Assembly: GCA_963675785.1 (NCBI GenBank)
Contig: OY776562.1
Location: 960,001 to 1,024,000, forward strand
Length of the DNA: 64,000 bases
Direction of reading: 5' to 3'
From: Anaerolineae bacterium
Lineage (GTDB): Bacteria > Chloroflexota > Anaerolineae > UBA1429
Program-made: the position numbers and the translations under genes
The notes under the pieces: generated by a model
The model's input: only the letters and a program-made list of their open reading frames with translations
Databases searched by the model: none
What the model was told of the DNA's origin: nothing
Shown here: one piece after another, positions 38,150 through 48,253 of the stretch
Numbering within the stretch: the stretch's first letter is position 1
Layout: each line of letters begins with the position of its first letter

Positions 38150-39169
38150 CTATATTTTGTTGGTCAAATCGTGAATCGCAGTTTTTCGATCGCTGATGAA
38201 GCGTTCTGCCAGCAGGTCCATGCGTTGAGCAAGGGCTTTGTCTATGGCGCAGTGTTTGGATTGAGCATCATGCCAGGCAACGGATTGGCGGATGCCCTCT
38301 GCAAAGGGAATCCGCGACTCGAAATCAGGAACCAAACTGTGCAGTTTGCTCATGTCAAAGATAAGGCTGTAGGACTTTTCACCCAGGATACGCTCACCCC
38401 AGTCGGGGTAGATGGCATCAATGTAATCCGAGGGGATATGCAGTAGCTCAATACCACAGCCAGCGGCCTCAGCCAGAGTGGTGTAGACTTGATCCCAAGT
38501 GAGATACTCGTTTGACATAATGTGCACGGCTTCACCTATAGCATGTGCATTGCCTGCAAGCCCCATAAAGGCCGCCGCAAAGTCACTGTTGTGGGTTAGG
38601 GTTATCAATCCCAAACCATCGCCATGAGAAATGACCGGTTTACCCTCGCGGATGCGGTGCAGCACAGCACAGTTATGCCCACCGACGGCGGCCGGAATCC
38701 AAGTCTCGCCATAGGTATAGCCGGGGCGCACAACGGTGGTAGGTAAGCCGGCCTGAGTGTAGGTAGCCAGGCGCGCCTCGCAATCGGCTTTGTCCTGGGC
38801 GTAGGGCCAGACAGGGTTGCGCAGCGGTCTATCCTCGGTGACAAAAGGTGTGCTCCCCGGTCTTTCATAGGCAGCGACACTGCTGATAAAGATGTACTGA
38901 CTGGTGTGGCTCATAAAGGCGCTGGCCGCCATGTCGACGTCATTGGGTTTGTAAGCGCAAAAATCAGCCACCAAGTCATAGTTGTTATTGGCGGCGGAGG
39001 CGAGATCTGCGGCGCTAAAACGGTCCCCCAGGATTTCGTGGATGCGTGGATCGGGCGCTGTTTGCGATTTGCCGCGATGAAACACCGTGACATGGTGTCC
39101 AAGGTCGAGGGCACGGGCTACGCAGGCTGTGCTGATGTTGCCGGTGCCGCCAATGAACAAGATTCTCAC
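38150..39169 (-). CDS. NAD-dependent epimerase/dehydratase (SDR)
   Basis: GGTGNIS, YIFISS, YAQDK. Confidence 0.9.
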   Translation of the reverse strand: MRILFIGGTGNISTACVARALDLGHHVTVFHRGKSQTAPDPRIHEILGDRFSAADLASAANNNYDLVADFCAYKPNDVDMAASAFMSHTSQYIFISSVAAYERPGSTPFVTEDRPLRNPVWPYAQDKADCEARLATYTQAGLPTTVVRPGYTYGETWIPAAVGGHNCAVLHRIREGKPVISHGDGLGLITLTHNSDFAAAFMGLAGNAHAIGEAVHIMSNEYLTWDQVYTTLAEAAGCGIELLHIPSDYIDAIYPDWGERILGEKSYSLIFDMSKLHSLVPDFESRIPFAEGIRQSVAWHDAQSKHCAIDKALAQRMDLLAERFISDRKTAIHDLTNKI

Positions 39170-39175
39170 GTTACT

Positions 39176-39565
39176 CTACCTCTCTGCCTTTTCGATGAGT
39201 TGAATGCGCATGCGCTCGGGGCCTTCTACAAAGATGGCGCGCGTCCCGGCAAATTCTTCGGATTCTCCCCAAAAGATGCAGCCCTTGGCGGTCAATGTCT
39301 CGATTTCGGCTGCCAGGTCGTCCACATACAAGGCCAGGCTGTCGACGCCGTAGCGGGGCTGAATACAAGCGGGAAGGGCAAGTTCTCCATCCCAGGAACC
39401 GCAAACTGTTAGTGGCACCCCACCGAGTTCGAGCTCGATGGCCGGGGCGTTGCCCAAAATTGCTTCACCCAGGCGTTGTGCACCTAGAATGTAGACGAAC
39501 CACTCTGCGGTATCTCGTGGATCTTCTGATTTGACATAAATAGTGGCAAACATAGAACGACTCAT
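39176..39565 (-). CDS. VOC (glyoxalase) family protein
   Basis: LALYVDDL, AIFVEGPERMRIQLIE; usual His metal ligands not evident. Confidence 0.75.
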   Translation of the reverse strand: MSRSMFATIYVKSEDPRDTAEWFVYILGAQRLGEAILGNAPAIELELGGVPLTVCGSWDGELALPACIQPRYGVDSLALYVDDLAAEIETLTAKGCIFWGESEEFAGTRAIFVEGPERMRIQLIEKAER

Positions 39566-39635
39566 TGTTTATCTCCCAACGTTTCTCCTAGTGGGATGAT
39601 ACACTTGATGCGAGAGAGCGTCTACTGCGCTTTGT

Positions 39636-40679
39636 TTACCAGACTGGTACGTAGGTCGCATCACACGGGCGCCCGTCGGCCACTCGGAAACGGCGTTTAG
39701 CCGGTTCGGCGATGATCGACATCCTCGTCTTGGAAGTATCTCCCTCGTCGATGGGGCGGCATAGCCCCCCTTTGGGGCCGTAGGAAGAGAGCAGGGCCTG
39801 CATCTGCGCTATGGTATGGGGCACGTGTTCTTGAAAGAGCTTATGCTGCAAATAAGCGTAACGGAGCTCCGAGTATTCTTTGCCTTGAGGGGTGCGCAGG
39901 TCGGCATTCAGCAGGGCAGGCAGCTTGTAGGTATTGGCACAAAAAACGGCATCCTCGCCATTTTGAGGGCGCCGTACTTGTACCAGAGGGCAGGCGCATT
40001 CCAGCACTGCACCCTCGCCGCTGGCGTCTAGCACCACAAAGTTGTAGCCTTTGCCCACCCAGGCGTGTTTACGCATAAAAGTGATGGCTTCAGGCGTCGT
40101 TTGGCAAGAACAGAGCATGGCATACAGGCCCGCCTCGATGGGCGGATTCTGCAAGGTTTGCTCAAATACACTGCCTACCGAACTGCCGCCAAAGGTGAGG
40201 CCGCTGCCGTTCATGCAAGTGTCACGCGCAGTGAGTTCTCCTACCACCACCGCATGAACGATACGCAGGCCGTCCTCATAGGTCACATCGCGAATGGCGC
40301 ATTGGCGGTCCGGATTGGGTTCGAGGTCTAGATTTTTACCAAAGAGGGGAGCCTCAGGATCCAAAAAGGCGATGTTGGTGCAGCAGGGTCGATAGAGCGT
40401 ACCAACGGAGAGAAAGAGACGATGGTTGAGCAGTACGTCATCTAGGCTCAGGTTGGCTCCTTGGGCCATGCCAGCCATCTCTTGCAGGACGCGAGGAAAG
40501 AGCTCGGCGATGCTGCTCTGCATCAGATGGATATCGCTAAACCAGCGCTCGTCACGGCTGGCTGTTTCTCGGGCCAGAGCGCTCAGTCGCTGAAATTCGT
40601 CTCGACAGGCTTCGCCGTACTGATGGCCTACTTCTTGGGGCGTTCCCTTGAGCTGTAAAATAAGCATGAGTGTCTCCAA
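39636..40679 (-). CDS. C45 family autoproteolytic acyltransferase/hydrolase
   Basis: GTPQEVGHQYG, CCT cleavage site, GKNLD, MNGSGL. Confidence 0.85.
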   Translation of the reverse strand: METLMLILQLKGTPQEVGHQYGEACRDEFQRLSALARETASRDERWFSDIHLMQSSIAELFPRVLQEMAGMAQGANLSLDDVLLNHRLFLSVGTLYRPCCTNIAFLDPEAPLFGKNLDLEPNPDRQCAIRDVTYEDGLRIVHAVVVGELTARDTCMNGSGLTFGGSSVGSVFEQTLQNPPIEAGLYAMLCSCQTTPEAITFMRKHAWVGKGYNFVVLDASGEGAVLECACPLVQVRRPQNGEDAVFCANTYKLPALLNADLRTPQGKEYSELRYAYLQHKLFQEHVPHTIAQMQALLSSYGPKGGLCRPIDEGDTSKTRMSIIAEPAKRRFRVADGRPCDATYVPVW

Positions 40680-40819
40680 ATGGTGTATATGATCGCTGGC
40701 GGCATTATAGCGGCTATGCCTTCCCTCGCAAGGCGGTGTGTGCCAAATACAAACACTTGCGTATGTCGCTGTTTGCCATAGAATGACCCTAATAACCGGG
40801 GATGATTATGGAGTTGCTG

Positions 40820-41872
40820 ATGGCACAGACGATGGACATGTTCACTTTTCTCCAACAACTGCTCAATACGCCCAGCCCCACGGGGTATCATCAAGAGGCC
40901 ATCGCTTTTGTGGCCGAGGCCATTGGCGCGCTTGAATTACCCGGCCTGACCATGGAGACCACGCCCAAAGGCGCCCTGGTGGTGACGGTGCCTGGCGCAT
41001 CCGAGGATGCGCCGCGAGCTTTGTCCGGGCATATCGACACGTTGGGGGCCATGGTACGCAATGTCAAGAGCAATGGTCGGCTCATGCTCACTCAGCTTGG
41101 CGGCTATGCCTGGCAGGCAGTGGAGGGCGAGAATGTCACCGTCCTCTCAGAGGCGACACTGGCGCGTTTTCGCGGCACTATCCAGACCGTGCATCCCAGC
41201 GTGCACACCAGCGATCAGATGAGCGACGGCAAGCGCACCGACGAGAACATCGAAGTGCGTTTGGATGTGCGCGTCAGTAGCGAAAAAGAGACGCGCGACC
41301 TGGGCATAGAGGTGGGCGATTGGGTTTTCCTCGATCCCCGGGTAGAGATGACCGAGACTGGCTATGTGAAGAGCAGGCATCTGGATGATAAGGCTGGTGT
41401 GGCGGTGATGTATGGCGTGTTGTTGGAATTGGCCAAGAGCGGCAAGATGCCTGCTCAGCGCGTCACCTTCTTTTTTTCCAATTACGAAGAGGTGGGCCAC
41501 GGTGCCTCGGCAGGTATTCCTGAGGATGTCGCTGAGTTGGTGGTGATTGATATGGCCGCCAGCACCACCGGCGAGAACCAAAACTCGGACGAGTATTCGG
41601 TGGGCATTTGCGCCAAAGATAGCTCTGGCCCTTATGATCGTGAGCTGCGCCGCAAGCTAGTAGCACTCTGCGGTGAGCATGACATCCCTTACCGCATCGA
41701 CACCTACCCGCGTTACGGGTCTGATGGCAGTGCTTTGCTGCGTGCTGGTGGCAATCTACGGGTGGGCCTCATTGGCCCCGGCGTTGATGCTAGCCATGCC
41801 TACGAACGCACCCACACTGATAGCTTGATCGCCTCTCGCGACCTTGCTCTAGCCTTTGTCATGGATCGCTGA
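40820..41872 (+). CDS. M42 family metallopeptidase
   Basis: PSPTG, GHIDT, RHLDDK, NYEEVG, SHAYERTH. Confidence 0.92.
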   Translation: MAQTMDMFTFLQQLLNTPSPTGYHQEAIAFVAEAIGALELPGLTMETTPKGALVVTVPGASEDAPRALSGHIDTLGAMVRNVKSNGRLMLTQLGGYAWQAVEGENVTVLSEATLARFRGTIQTVHPSVHTSDQMSDGKRTDENIEVRLDVRVSSEKETRDLGIEVGDWVFLDPRVEMTETGYVKSRHLDDKAGVAVMYGVLLELAKSGKMPAQRVTFFFSNYEEVGHGASAGIPEDVAELVVIDMAASTTGENQNSDEYSVGICAKDSSGPYDRELRRKLVALCGEHDIPYRIDTYPRYGSDGSALLRAGGNLRVGLIGPGVDASHAYERTHTDSLIASRDLALAFVMDR

Positions 41873-41887
41873 TTCAGGGGGATAGCG

Positions 41888-43534
41888 ATGAAGATAGTTG
41901 CAGCACAGTTGGATCCAATTGTTGGTGATGTGGCCGGCAACACCAAACGCTTACTCGATACCGTCTTCCAGCATCTTGATGAGGGAGACCTCTTTTGTTT
42001 TCCCGAGCTGTTTTTATGCGGCTATCCGCCCAAGGACTTGCTTGAGCGCCGTTGGTTTGTCGAGCAGGTTGAGCAAGCCGTACGGGATATCGTCGAATAT
42101 TCGCGTAAATGCGCAGGTAAGGGCATTCTGTTTGGGGCGCCCGTCTCCACGGCCCGCTCGGCCGGCAAAGGCCTCTACAATGCCGCTGTACTCGTATCTG
42201 AAGGCCGAATTTTAAGCATTGTCCCCAAGGCTTTGCTACCCACCTATGACGTGTTCGATGAGCTTCGCTATTTTGACTCTGCGGAGGATGTGCAGGTTGT
42301 AGAGTTTGGCGGCGAATGCTTGGGCATTAGTGTTTGTGAGGACGCCTGGACGGATCCCACGGCCTGGCCTGGGCGCCTGCCATATGCCCAGGATCCTATT
42401 GCGGCTCTTGCTGTACAAGGGGCCACGGTGATGATCAACATCTCGGCCTCCCCCTTCAATGTGGGCAAAGAAAACATCCGCTACAACCTCATTAGCCGAC
42501 ATGCAGCGCGCCACGGTGTGCCCTTTATCTATGTGAATCAGGTGGGCGGCAACGACGAACTCATCTTTGATGGGCGCAGCCTGGCTGTAGACAGCAAGGG
42601 CGCTCCTGTCGCTGTGTTTCCCTCGTTTACCGAAAGTGTTCAAGTGATCGACACTGAGGCAGTGGGCGAGAAAGGCTCGTACAGGGCTGAGGAAGAGATT
42701 GCCACCGTCTGCAAGGCGCTTGAATTGGGCCTGCGCGATTATGCCAGCAAGACGGGTTTTACGCAGGCGGTGATCGGCCTCTCTGGCGGCATCGATTCTT
42801 CTGTGACTTGCGCGGTGGCGGCACGAGCCCTGGGGCCAGAGAATATTCTGGGCATCAGCCTGCCTTCGCGCTATTCGTCACAGGGTAGTTTGGATGACGC
42901 TCGCGGCCTGGCCGAGAACTTGGGCATTGACTATCGCGTGGTCAACATAGACGATATTTATGCAGCTTATCTTACTGAGCTGGCGCCGCATTTTGCTGGC
43001 ACCCAACCCGATACCGCCGAGGAAAACATCCAGGCGCGCATTCGCGGCAATATCTGGATGGCTTTTTCCAACAAGTTCGGCTATCTGCCGCTTTCGGCGG
43101 GCAACAAGAGCGAACTGGCTGTTGGCTATTGCACGCTCTATGGCGACATGAGCGGTGGCTTGGGCGTCATTGCCGATGTGCCCAAGATGATGGTCTATGA
43201 GCTGGCGCGGTACATCAACCGCGAAGGCGAGATCATTCCGGAGAACTGTCTGAAAAAGGCGCCATCTGCCGAACTCAGACCTGATCAGACCGACCAGGAT
43301 ACCCTGCCGCCATATCCCATTTTGGATGCTATTCTTGAGCTCTACGTCGAAGATGCGCTTTGTATCGAAGAGATTGCCGAGCGCGGTTACGATATGGAGA
43401 CGGTCAAGTGGGTTGCCCGACGTGTGGATCGCAACGAATTCAAGCGTCAGCAGGCGGCCCCCGGCCTTCGTGTTACCAGCAAAGCTTTTGGCTTTGGCCG
43501 ACGCATGCCCATTGCCGCGCGCTTCAGGGCTTAG
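41888..43534 (+). CDS. nadE: Glutamine-dependent NAD+ synthetase
   Basis: Nitrilase domain FPELF and CEDAW; SGGIDS, GNKSE, PSAEL. Confidence 0.96.
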   Translation: MKIVAAQLDPIVGDVAGNTKRLLDTVFQHLDEGDLFCFPELFLCGYPPKDLLERRWFVEQVEQAVRDIVEYSRKCAGKGILFGAPVSTARSAGKGLYNAAVLVSEGRILSIVPKALLPTYDVFDELRYFDSAEDVQVVEFGGECLGISVCEDAWTDPTAWPGRLPYAQDPIAALAVQGATVMINISASPFNVGKENIRYNLISRHAARHGVPFIYVNQVGGNDELIFDGRSLAVDSKGAPVAVFPSFTESVQVIDTEAVGEKGSYRAEEEIATVCKALELGLRDYASKTGFTQAVIGLSGGIDSSVTCAVAARALGPENILGISLPSRYSSQGSLDDARGLAENLGIDYRVVNIDDIYAAYLTELAPHFAGTQPDTAEENIQARIRGNIWMAFSNKFGYLPLSAGNKSELAVGYCTLYGDMSGGLGVIADVPKMMVYELARYINREGEIIPENCLKKAPSAELRPDQTDQDTLPPYPILDAILELYVEDALCIEEIAERGYDMETVKWVARRVDRNEFKRQQAAPGLRVTSKAFGFGRRMPIAARFRA

Positions 43535-43547
43535 AGGAAGAGATACA

Positions 43548-44591
43548 ATGTCGGACGTTTATCATAGTTTGACCCGTGACGAGGTGGCTGCGGCCATCGA
43601 ACGCAAGAATCCACCGCGTGTGCCCATGATTCGTTGCAAGTGGTGGGGCGAAGGGCTACGCGAACAGTACGGCAGTGATTTGGATGAACTGGAAAAGTAT
43701 CCTGAGGATTGCGGCTGGCTGTGGCTGGACCCCATCGATTACAAGGCTATGAACCTGCCCTGGGACTGGGAGGCTTCTGGCGCTCACGACAGCCGGGTGG
43801 TTCTGGATGACTGGAATAAGCTGGACGCGTTTATCGAGCGTTTGCCTGATCCCTGGACGGATTCGCGTTTTGGCGACCTCGTGACTCTCGCCGAACAATA
43901 TCGCGCTGAGGATCGCTATATCATGTTCGGCTGGTGGCGACTCTTTTTCGAACGCCCTTGGGCCATCCGTGGCATGAGCTCTTTGATGATGGACTATTAC
44001 CTGGAGCCGGATAACGTCCACCGCCTGCACGAGGCGCTCTGCAAGGTTTATTGCGGCTATATCGAGCGGGCTGCCGCCGAGCTTCACCCCGATGGTTTTT
44101 GGACCAGTGATGACCTGGGGCATCAGACGCAGTTGATGATGCCGCCCAAGGTGTTCCGCAAGTTTCTCAAGCCCTATTACCAGCGGGTAGGTGAGGTGGT
44201 GCATAACCACAATTTGCATTGGTGGCTGCATTCTTGCGGCAATAACACGGAAATCCTTGGCGATCTCATTGAGGTGGGATTGAACGTATTTCACCCCGTG
44301 CAAAAGGGAACCATGGATATGGTTGCTGTGGTCGCCGAATACGGCGACCGACTGACCTTTTTGGCTGGCCTGGATGTTCAACATGCCCTTCAAGAACTCG
44401 ATCCGGAGGGTGTTCGGGCTGAGGTGCGCTGGCTCGTCGATACCTTTGATCGGCCCGATGGCGGCATGTGCATCGCGGCAGGGAACGGCATTGTGGCCGG
44501 CACGCCCTTGGAGAACATTCGAGCTTTTCTCGATGAGGCTTTTTACTATGGCGCCCGTAACGGTTTGCGTAACGAGCGCATTAGCAAGTAA
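43548..44591 (+). CDS. Uroporphyrinogen decarboxylase/MtaA-family protein
   Basis: SDDLGHQ, LHSCG, GGMCIAAGN, PLENI. Confidence 0.85.
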   Translation: MSDVYHSLTRDEVAAAIERKNPPRVPMIRCKWWGEGLREQYGSDLDELEKYPEDCGWLWLDPIDYKAMNLPWDWEASGAHDSRVVLDDWNKLDAFIERLPDPWTDSRFGDLVTLAEQYRAEDRYIMFGWWRLFFERPWAIRGMSSLMMDYYLEPDNVHRLHEALCKVYCGYIERAAAELHPDGFWTSDDLGHQTQLMMPPKVFRKFLKPYYQRVGEVVHNHNLHWWLHSCGNNTEILGDLIEVGLNVFHPVQKGTMDMVAVVAEYGDRLTFLAGLDVQHALQELDPEGVRAEVRWLVDTFDRPDGGMCIAAGNGIVAGTPLENIRAFLDEAFYYGARNGLRNERISK

Positions 44592-44604
44592 TCGGGGTGA
44601 CGCT

Positions 44605-45543
44605 TTGAGCGAGTGGATCACAGAAAACATGGGCATTAGCCACGACGTGCAGATGAGTATTCTGGCGACGGTCATTATCCTGATCGTGCTGTTTTTGCTG
44701 CGCAGGGCGGCCAAGCGTCTGGTGATGAACAAAGTAGAGGATGCTCGTTTGCGCTATCGCTGGTTCAAGGGCGTTAGCTATGCGGCTTATGCCCTGGCCT
44801 TTATCGGCATTGGCAGTGTCTGGCTCAAGGGCATTGGTTCTTTGGCTACCTATTTAGGACTGGCTTCGGCTGGTTTAGCCATTGCTCTGCAAAACCTGGT
44901 GCTCGATCTGGCCGGCTGGTTCTACCTGGTGTCGCGTCGGCCATTTGAAGTGGGCGATCGCATTCAGGTGGGAGAGCATATCGGGGATGTGGTCGACATC
45001 GGTGCCTTTACATTCACCTTGCTCGAAGTAGGTCACTGGGTACAGGCTGATCAGAGCAGCGGTCGCGTCATCCATGTGCCCAATGGGGTTGTCTTTGATT
45101 CGCCCGTAACCAGCTACACCAAGGGATTTCGCTATTTGTGGGATGAACTGCCCGTGCTGGTAACCTTTGAGAGCAACTGGCAGGCTGCCAAGGAAATCTT
45201 GATGGATATTGTCTGCGAAAAGGCGCGGGAGGTCAGCGAGCAGGCCCGCGTGCGTTCTTACGAGCGACAGGCTGACATGATGATCTATTATGGCACATTC
45301 GATCCGACCGTCTATACCAGCGTGGCCGATAGCGGTGTTGTGTTGACCATGCGCTTTCTCTGCGAGCCGCGCCGCCGCCGCGACTTGGAGCAGAGCATCT
45401 GGGAGGCGGTGTTGATCGCCTTTGCCGATAGGGATGATATCGACTTTGCTTATCCCACAGTGCGGCACTATGACAATCAGTCCGAAGGCAAGCTCGGAGC
45501 ACGGGCCGATTCCGAATTCGCCATGGGCGATCTGCCATTCTAG
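44605..45543 (+). CDS. MscS mechanosensitive channel
   Basis: AGLAIALQN, RPFEVGDRIQ, GDVVDIG, VPNG. Confidence 0.9.
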   Translation: MSEWITENMGISHDVQMSILATVIILIVLFLLRRAAKRLVMNKVEDARLRYRWFKGVSYAAYALAFIGIGSVWLKGIGSLATYLGLASAGLAIALQNLVLDLAGWFYLVSRRPFEVGDRIQVGEHIGDVVDIGAFTFTLLEVGHWVQADQSSGRVIHVPNGVVFDSPVTSYTKGFRYLWDELPVLVTFESNWQAAKEILMDIVCEKAREVSEQARVRSYERQADMMIYYGTFDPTVYTSVADSGVVLTMRFLCEPRRRRDLEQSIWEAVLIAFADRDDIDFAYPTVRHYDNQSEGKLGARADSEFAMGDLPF

Positions 45544-45579
45544 CCCTATCCGCGACAGCATTCAGACAAGGGAGGCAGC

Positions 45580-46128
45580 ATGCAAGTCCTTGAGGCCATT
45601 TTCAATCGCCGTAGTGTGCGCAAGTTTACCGAGGAACCAGTCAGTACGACAGATATCCGTATGCTCATGGAGGCGGCCATGGCGGCGCCCTCTGCCATGA
45701 ATCGCCAGCCCTGGGAATTTGTGGTAATCACCGAAGCCGACCAACTCAAGGCCTTGCGCCACAAGCTGCGTTTGGGGCGTTACGAAGCCCCTTTGGGCAT
45801 TGTAGTTTGCGGTAATATGCGCCGTACAGTGCCGGGGCCTCCTCGCGATTTCTGGATTCAGGATGTTAGCGCGGCGGCTGAGAATGTTCTGTTGGCAGCC
45901 GTAGAACTGGGCCTAGGTGGTGTGTGGATTGGCGTGCATCCTATCGGTCTCTTTAGCAAGGGGGTCAGCGAGGTGCTCGATTTGCCTAAACATATCGAGC
46001 CTCTGGGGTTGTTGTGGCTGGGGCATCCTGCTGAGAGCCCCGAGCCGCGAACGCAGTACAAAGAAGAATACGTACACTGGCAGCGCTACAAGGGCGAAGT
46101 AGATGTAGATGGCACCCCAGAGATTTGA
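45580..46128 (+). CDS. Nitroreductase family protein
   Basis: RRSVRKF, APSAMNRQPW, LGLGGVWIG. Confidence 0.93.
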   Translation: MQVLEAIFNRRSVRKFTEEPVSTTDIRMLMEAAMAAPSAMNRQPWEFVVITEADQLKALRHKLRLGRYEAPLGIVVCGNMRRTVPGPPRDFWIQDVSAAAENVLLAAVELGLGGVWIGVHPIGLFSKGVSEVLDLPKHIEPLGLLWLGHPAESPEPRTQYKEEYVHWQRYKGEVDVDGTPEI

Positions 46129-46168
46129 CGCCCAAAGGCTGCTGTGTTATAGTTTCCCTCGTCATTGT

Positions 46169-46244
46169 GGCCCCATCGTCTAGTGGCCTAGGACACAGCC
46201 CTTTCAAGGCTGCGGCCGGGATTCGAATTCCCGTGGGGCTACCA
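46169..46244 (+). tRNA. tRNA-Glu (anticodon TTC)
   Basis: GGCCCCA/TGGGGCT acceptor stem, cagcc-ctTTCaa-ggctg, TTCGAAT T-loop, encoded CCA; TTGACG-N17-TATAGT promoter. Confidence 0.97.
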
Positions 46245-46246
46245 AG

Positions 46247-46277
46247 AAAAGAGCCAGGCATTTGCCTGGCTCTTTTT
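46247..46277. terminator. Bidirectional terminator
   Basis: aaaagagccaggca-tt-tgcctggctcttttt. Confidence 0.9.
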
Positions 46278-46287
46278 GTTTACATGA

Positions 46288-47952
46288 CTATTTTGCGCTG
46301 CTATCAGGAAAGAAGCACAAGCGTTTGCCCGTACTATCGGCAGCAATAACCTCTTCGCCCCGCCAGGTGAAGCGCAGCTTGTGCCCACGAAACGTATAGG
46401 TGCGAACTTGCTCCTCAAAGGGTAAGGCGATATCGATGGTGTTGCCTGGTTGCGTGCCTACCAGGTACAGCCATTCCCCTGCTTGGTAGCTCTCACAACC
46501 ATTGACTCGGATGCCCTCTCTGTTGGTGTTGCCAGGGATGCGCATACGGATGTGGCAGGGTTGCTGCACGGTGATAGAGGCTTGGCCGTCGCGATCGTAA
46601 GGGTTGCGGAATCGAAGGAACTCGTTCTCGCAATCAAACAACAAATTGATACTCACTCCATCTGGGCCCCATTGGGTGAGGCTGCGGCGTAGAACCTCGC
46701 ACAATCCCCCCACAGCGCCGCCCGTGATATCCCAGTTGAAAGAGATTCTGCTGCCTGGCGAATCCTCGTGGCCCAACGGTGTGGGAAAGCCAAAGGCACC
46801 ATATACCCTCCAGGCCATGCGCGAAGTGCGCTCATCAGGGCCATCGTCGTTGGGGATAAAGCTAGTGTCCAACGCTTGAGAAGGTAAAAAATGCCCGCGC
46901 AGAATGCGCTCCGCACGAGCGTAATATCCCTCAAAACCAACCCCGCCCAAGCATAAGCAGGCTTCCATGATGTCGCTGGTGTTGTTGACCTCGCCGACCA
47001 GATCTTGGCGCTGGTCTCCTTCAAGGCACCAACCGAAATCGAGGGCTATCTCTTGAAGGCCATTCTCCATAAAGGCAACGAGCCGCTGCATGATGGCCTC
47101 GTCATGCACTACCTCGCCCAATTGCGCCAGAGATGAGAGCATGGCCGTAACCGAGTGGGTATGGGCTCCCAGTCTTGCGGCCGTGTAGGAATTGTCTGCG
47201 GGAAGGACCTGTGTAATACAGGCTTCTTTCAGCTGCAGAGCCTGTTGCAATGCCGGCTCATAACTGGTGGCACGGTACAGTTTGACCAACGGGCCAATAT
47301 AGCGACCAAAGGTGCGAGCGAACAAGGGAACGCCCATGCGCTTTTGAACTTCTTGTTGGGGCAGATCAGGATCGATCCCCATACTGCGCCGCATAGAGCT
47401 ATTGGGTGTATAGTATTGTTCCTCAGCCCCTGTGTCAGCGTGAAAGGTATCATAACGAAAAGCACAGGTTTGCGGGTCAAAGTAGCGGTTCACGCTGTCG
47501 ATCAGTGTCTTGGCGAGTTCAAAGGCGTGTTCGTCCTGGCGATAAGCGACAAGGGCGAACAGGGCGTGCATACTCTCACGCATGTTGTGCAGGTCAATGC
47601 GGCGGATAGGTTGGAGGGTTTGTAAATCTAGCATAGCTGGAAAGCCGAGATTCTCGCTTTCGTAAGAGCGATAGGTCCAGGTACGCAGGGCCTCGATGCA
47701 AGCCTCGTCGACTTTCACATCCAGTACATCTTGAGCGTTCAGCAAGGCGTTGAGCCAACGCCCTGGCACATGCGACATGCTATAGCTCGCATGGTGTGCG
47801 TCCCCAAAATCTTGAGGCGATACGATGTTCTGAAAGTAGGGCAGATTGTCGTGAGCGCTATCGTAATTCCGCTGCATTGGCAGCACACCGGCTTGGATAG
47901 CTTTTTTAGGATCGCGTTGATTGACAGTAACGTATTTGCTGTACTCGGTCAT
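46288..47952 (-). CDS. Hypothetical protein, possibly GH127-like glycoside hydrolase fold
   Basis: GRWLNAL, HTHS, GEVNNTSD, C-terminal MRIP beta domain; AGGAG RBS before ATG 47952. Confidence 0.55.
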   Translation of the reverse strand: MTEYSKYVTVNQRDPKKAIQAGVLPMQRNYDSAHDNLPYFQNIVSPQDFGDAHHASYSMSHVPGRWLNALLNAQDVLDVKVDEACIEALRTWTYRSYESENLGFPAMLDLQTLQPIRRIDLHNMRESMHALFALVAYRQDEHAFELAKTLIDSVNRYFDPQTCAFRYDTFHADTGAEEQYYTPNSSMRRSMGIDPDLPQQEVQKRMGVPLFARTFGRYIGPLVKLYRATSYEPALQQALQLKEACITQVLPADNSYTAARLGAHTHSVTAMLSSLAQLGEVVHDEAIMQRLVAFMENGLQEIALDFGWCLEGDQRQDLVGEVNNTSDIMEACLCLGGVGFEGYYARAERILRGHFLPSQALDTSFIPNDDGPDERTSRMAWRVYGAFGFPTPLGHEDSPGSRISFNWDITGGAVGGLCEVLRRSLTQWGPDGVSINLLFDCENEFLRFRNPYDRDGQASITVQQPCHIRMRIPGNTNREGIRVNGCESYQAGEWLYLVGTQPGNTIDIALPFEEQVRTYTFRGHKLRFTWRGEEVIAADSTGKRLCFFPDSSAK

Positions 47953-48253
47953 GGACGTGTAGGCTCCTTGGATGAGATCATTTTCATAGGTTGCCACGCT
48001 TTTGTGCGTCTGTAAAGAGAAGCGGAAGAGAATCTGCGGCTGACAGAGCAAAGTGGACTTGCCTAAACTCATGACTTCTGGCACATATTTTGGGGACGTT
48101 TGGCACTGGCCAAGCATATAATTGAAGAGTACGTTAACGAAGCTGGCTATAGGGCTAAGTAGATGTAGGGCTGAGTAGATGTGGGTCGCAGCGCTTACTT
48201 GGCTTTTTTGTATGGCGTCACAGGGGAAAAAGCGGATTCTCAAGGAGAGTAGG

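Noticed and set aside
43656-44732. 358-aa minus-strand ORF and other long antisense ORFs
   Set aside because: Shadows of well-supported opposite-strand genes, expected at this GC content
46125-46349. 74-aa ORF
   Set aside because: Overlaps tRNA-Glu, its promoter and its terminator
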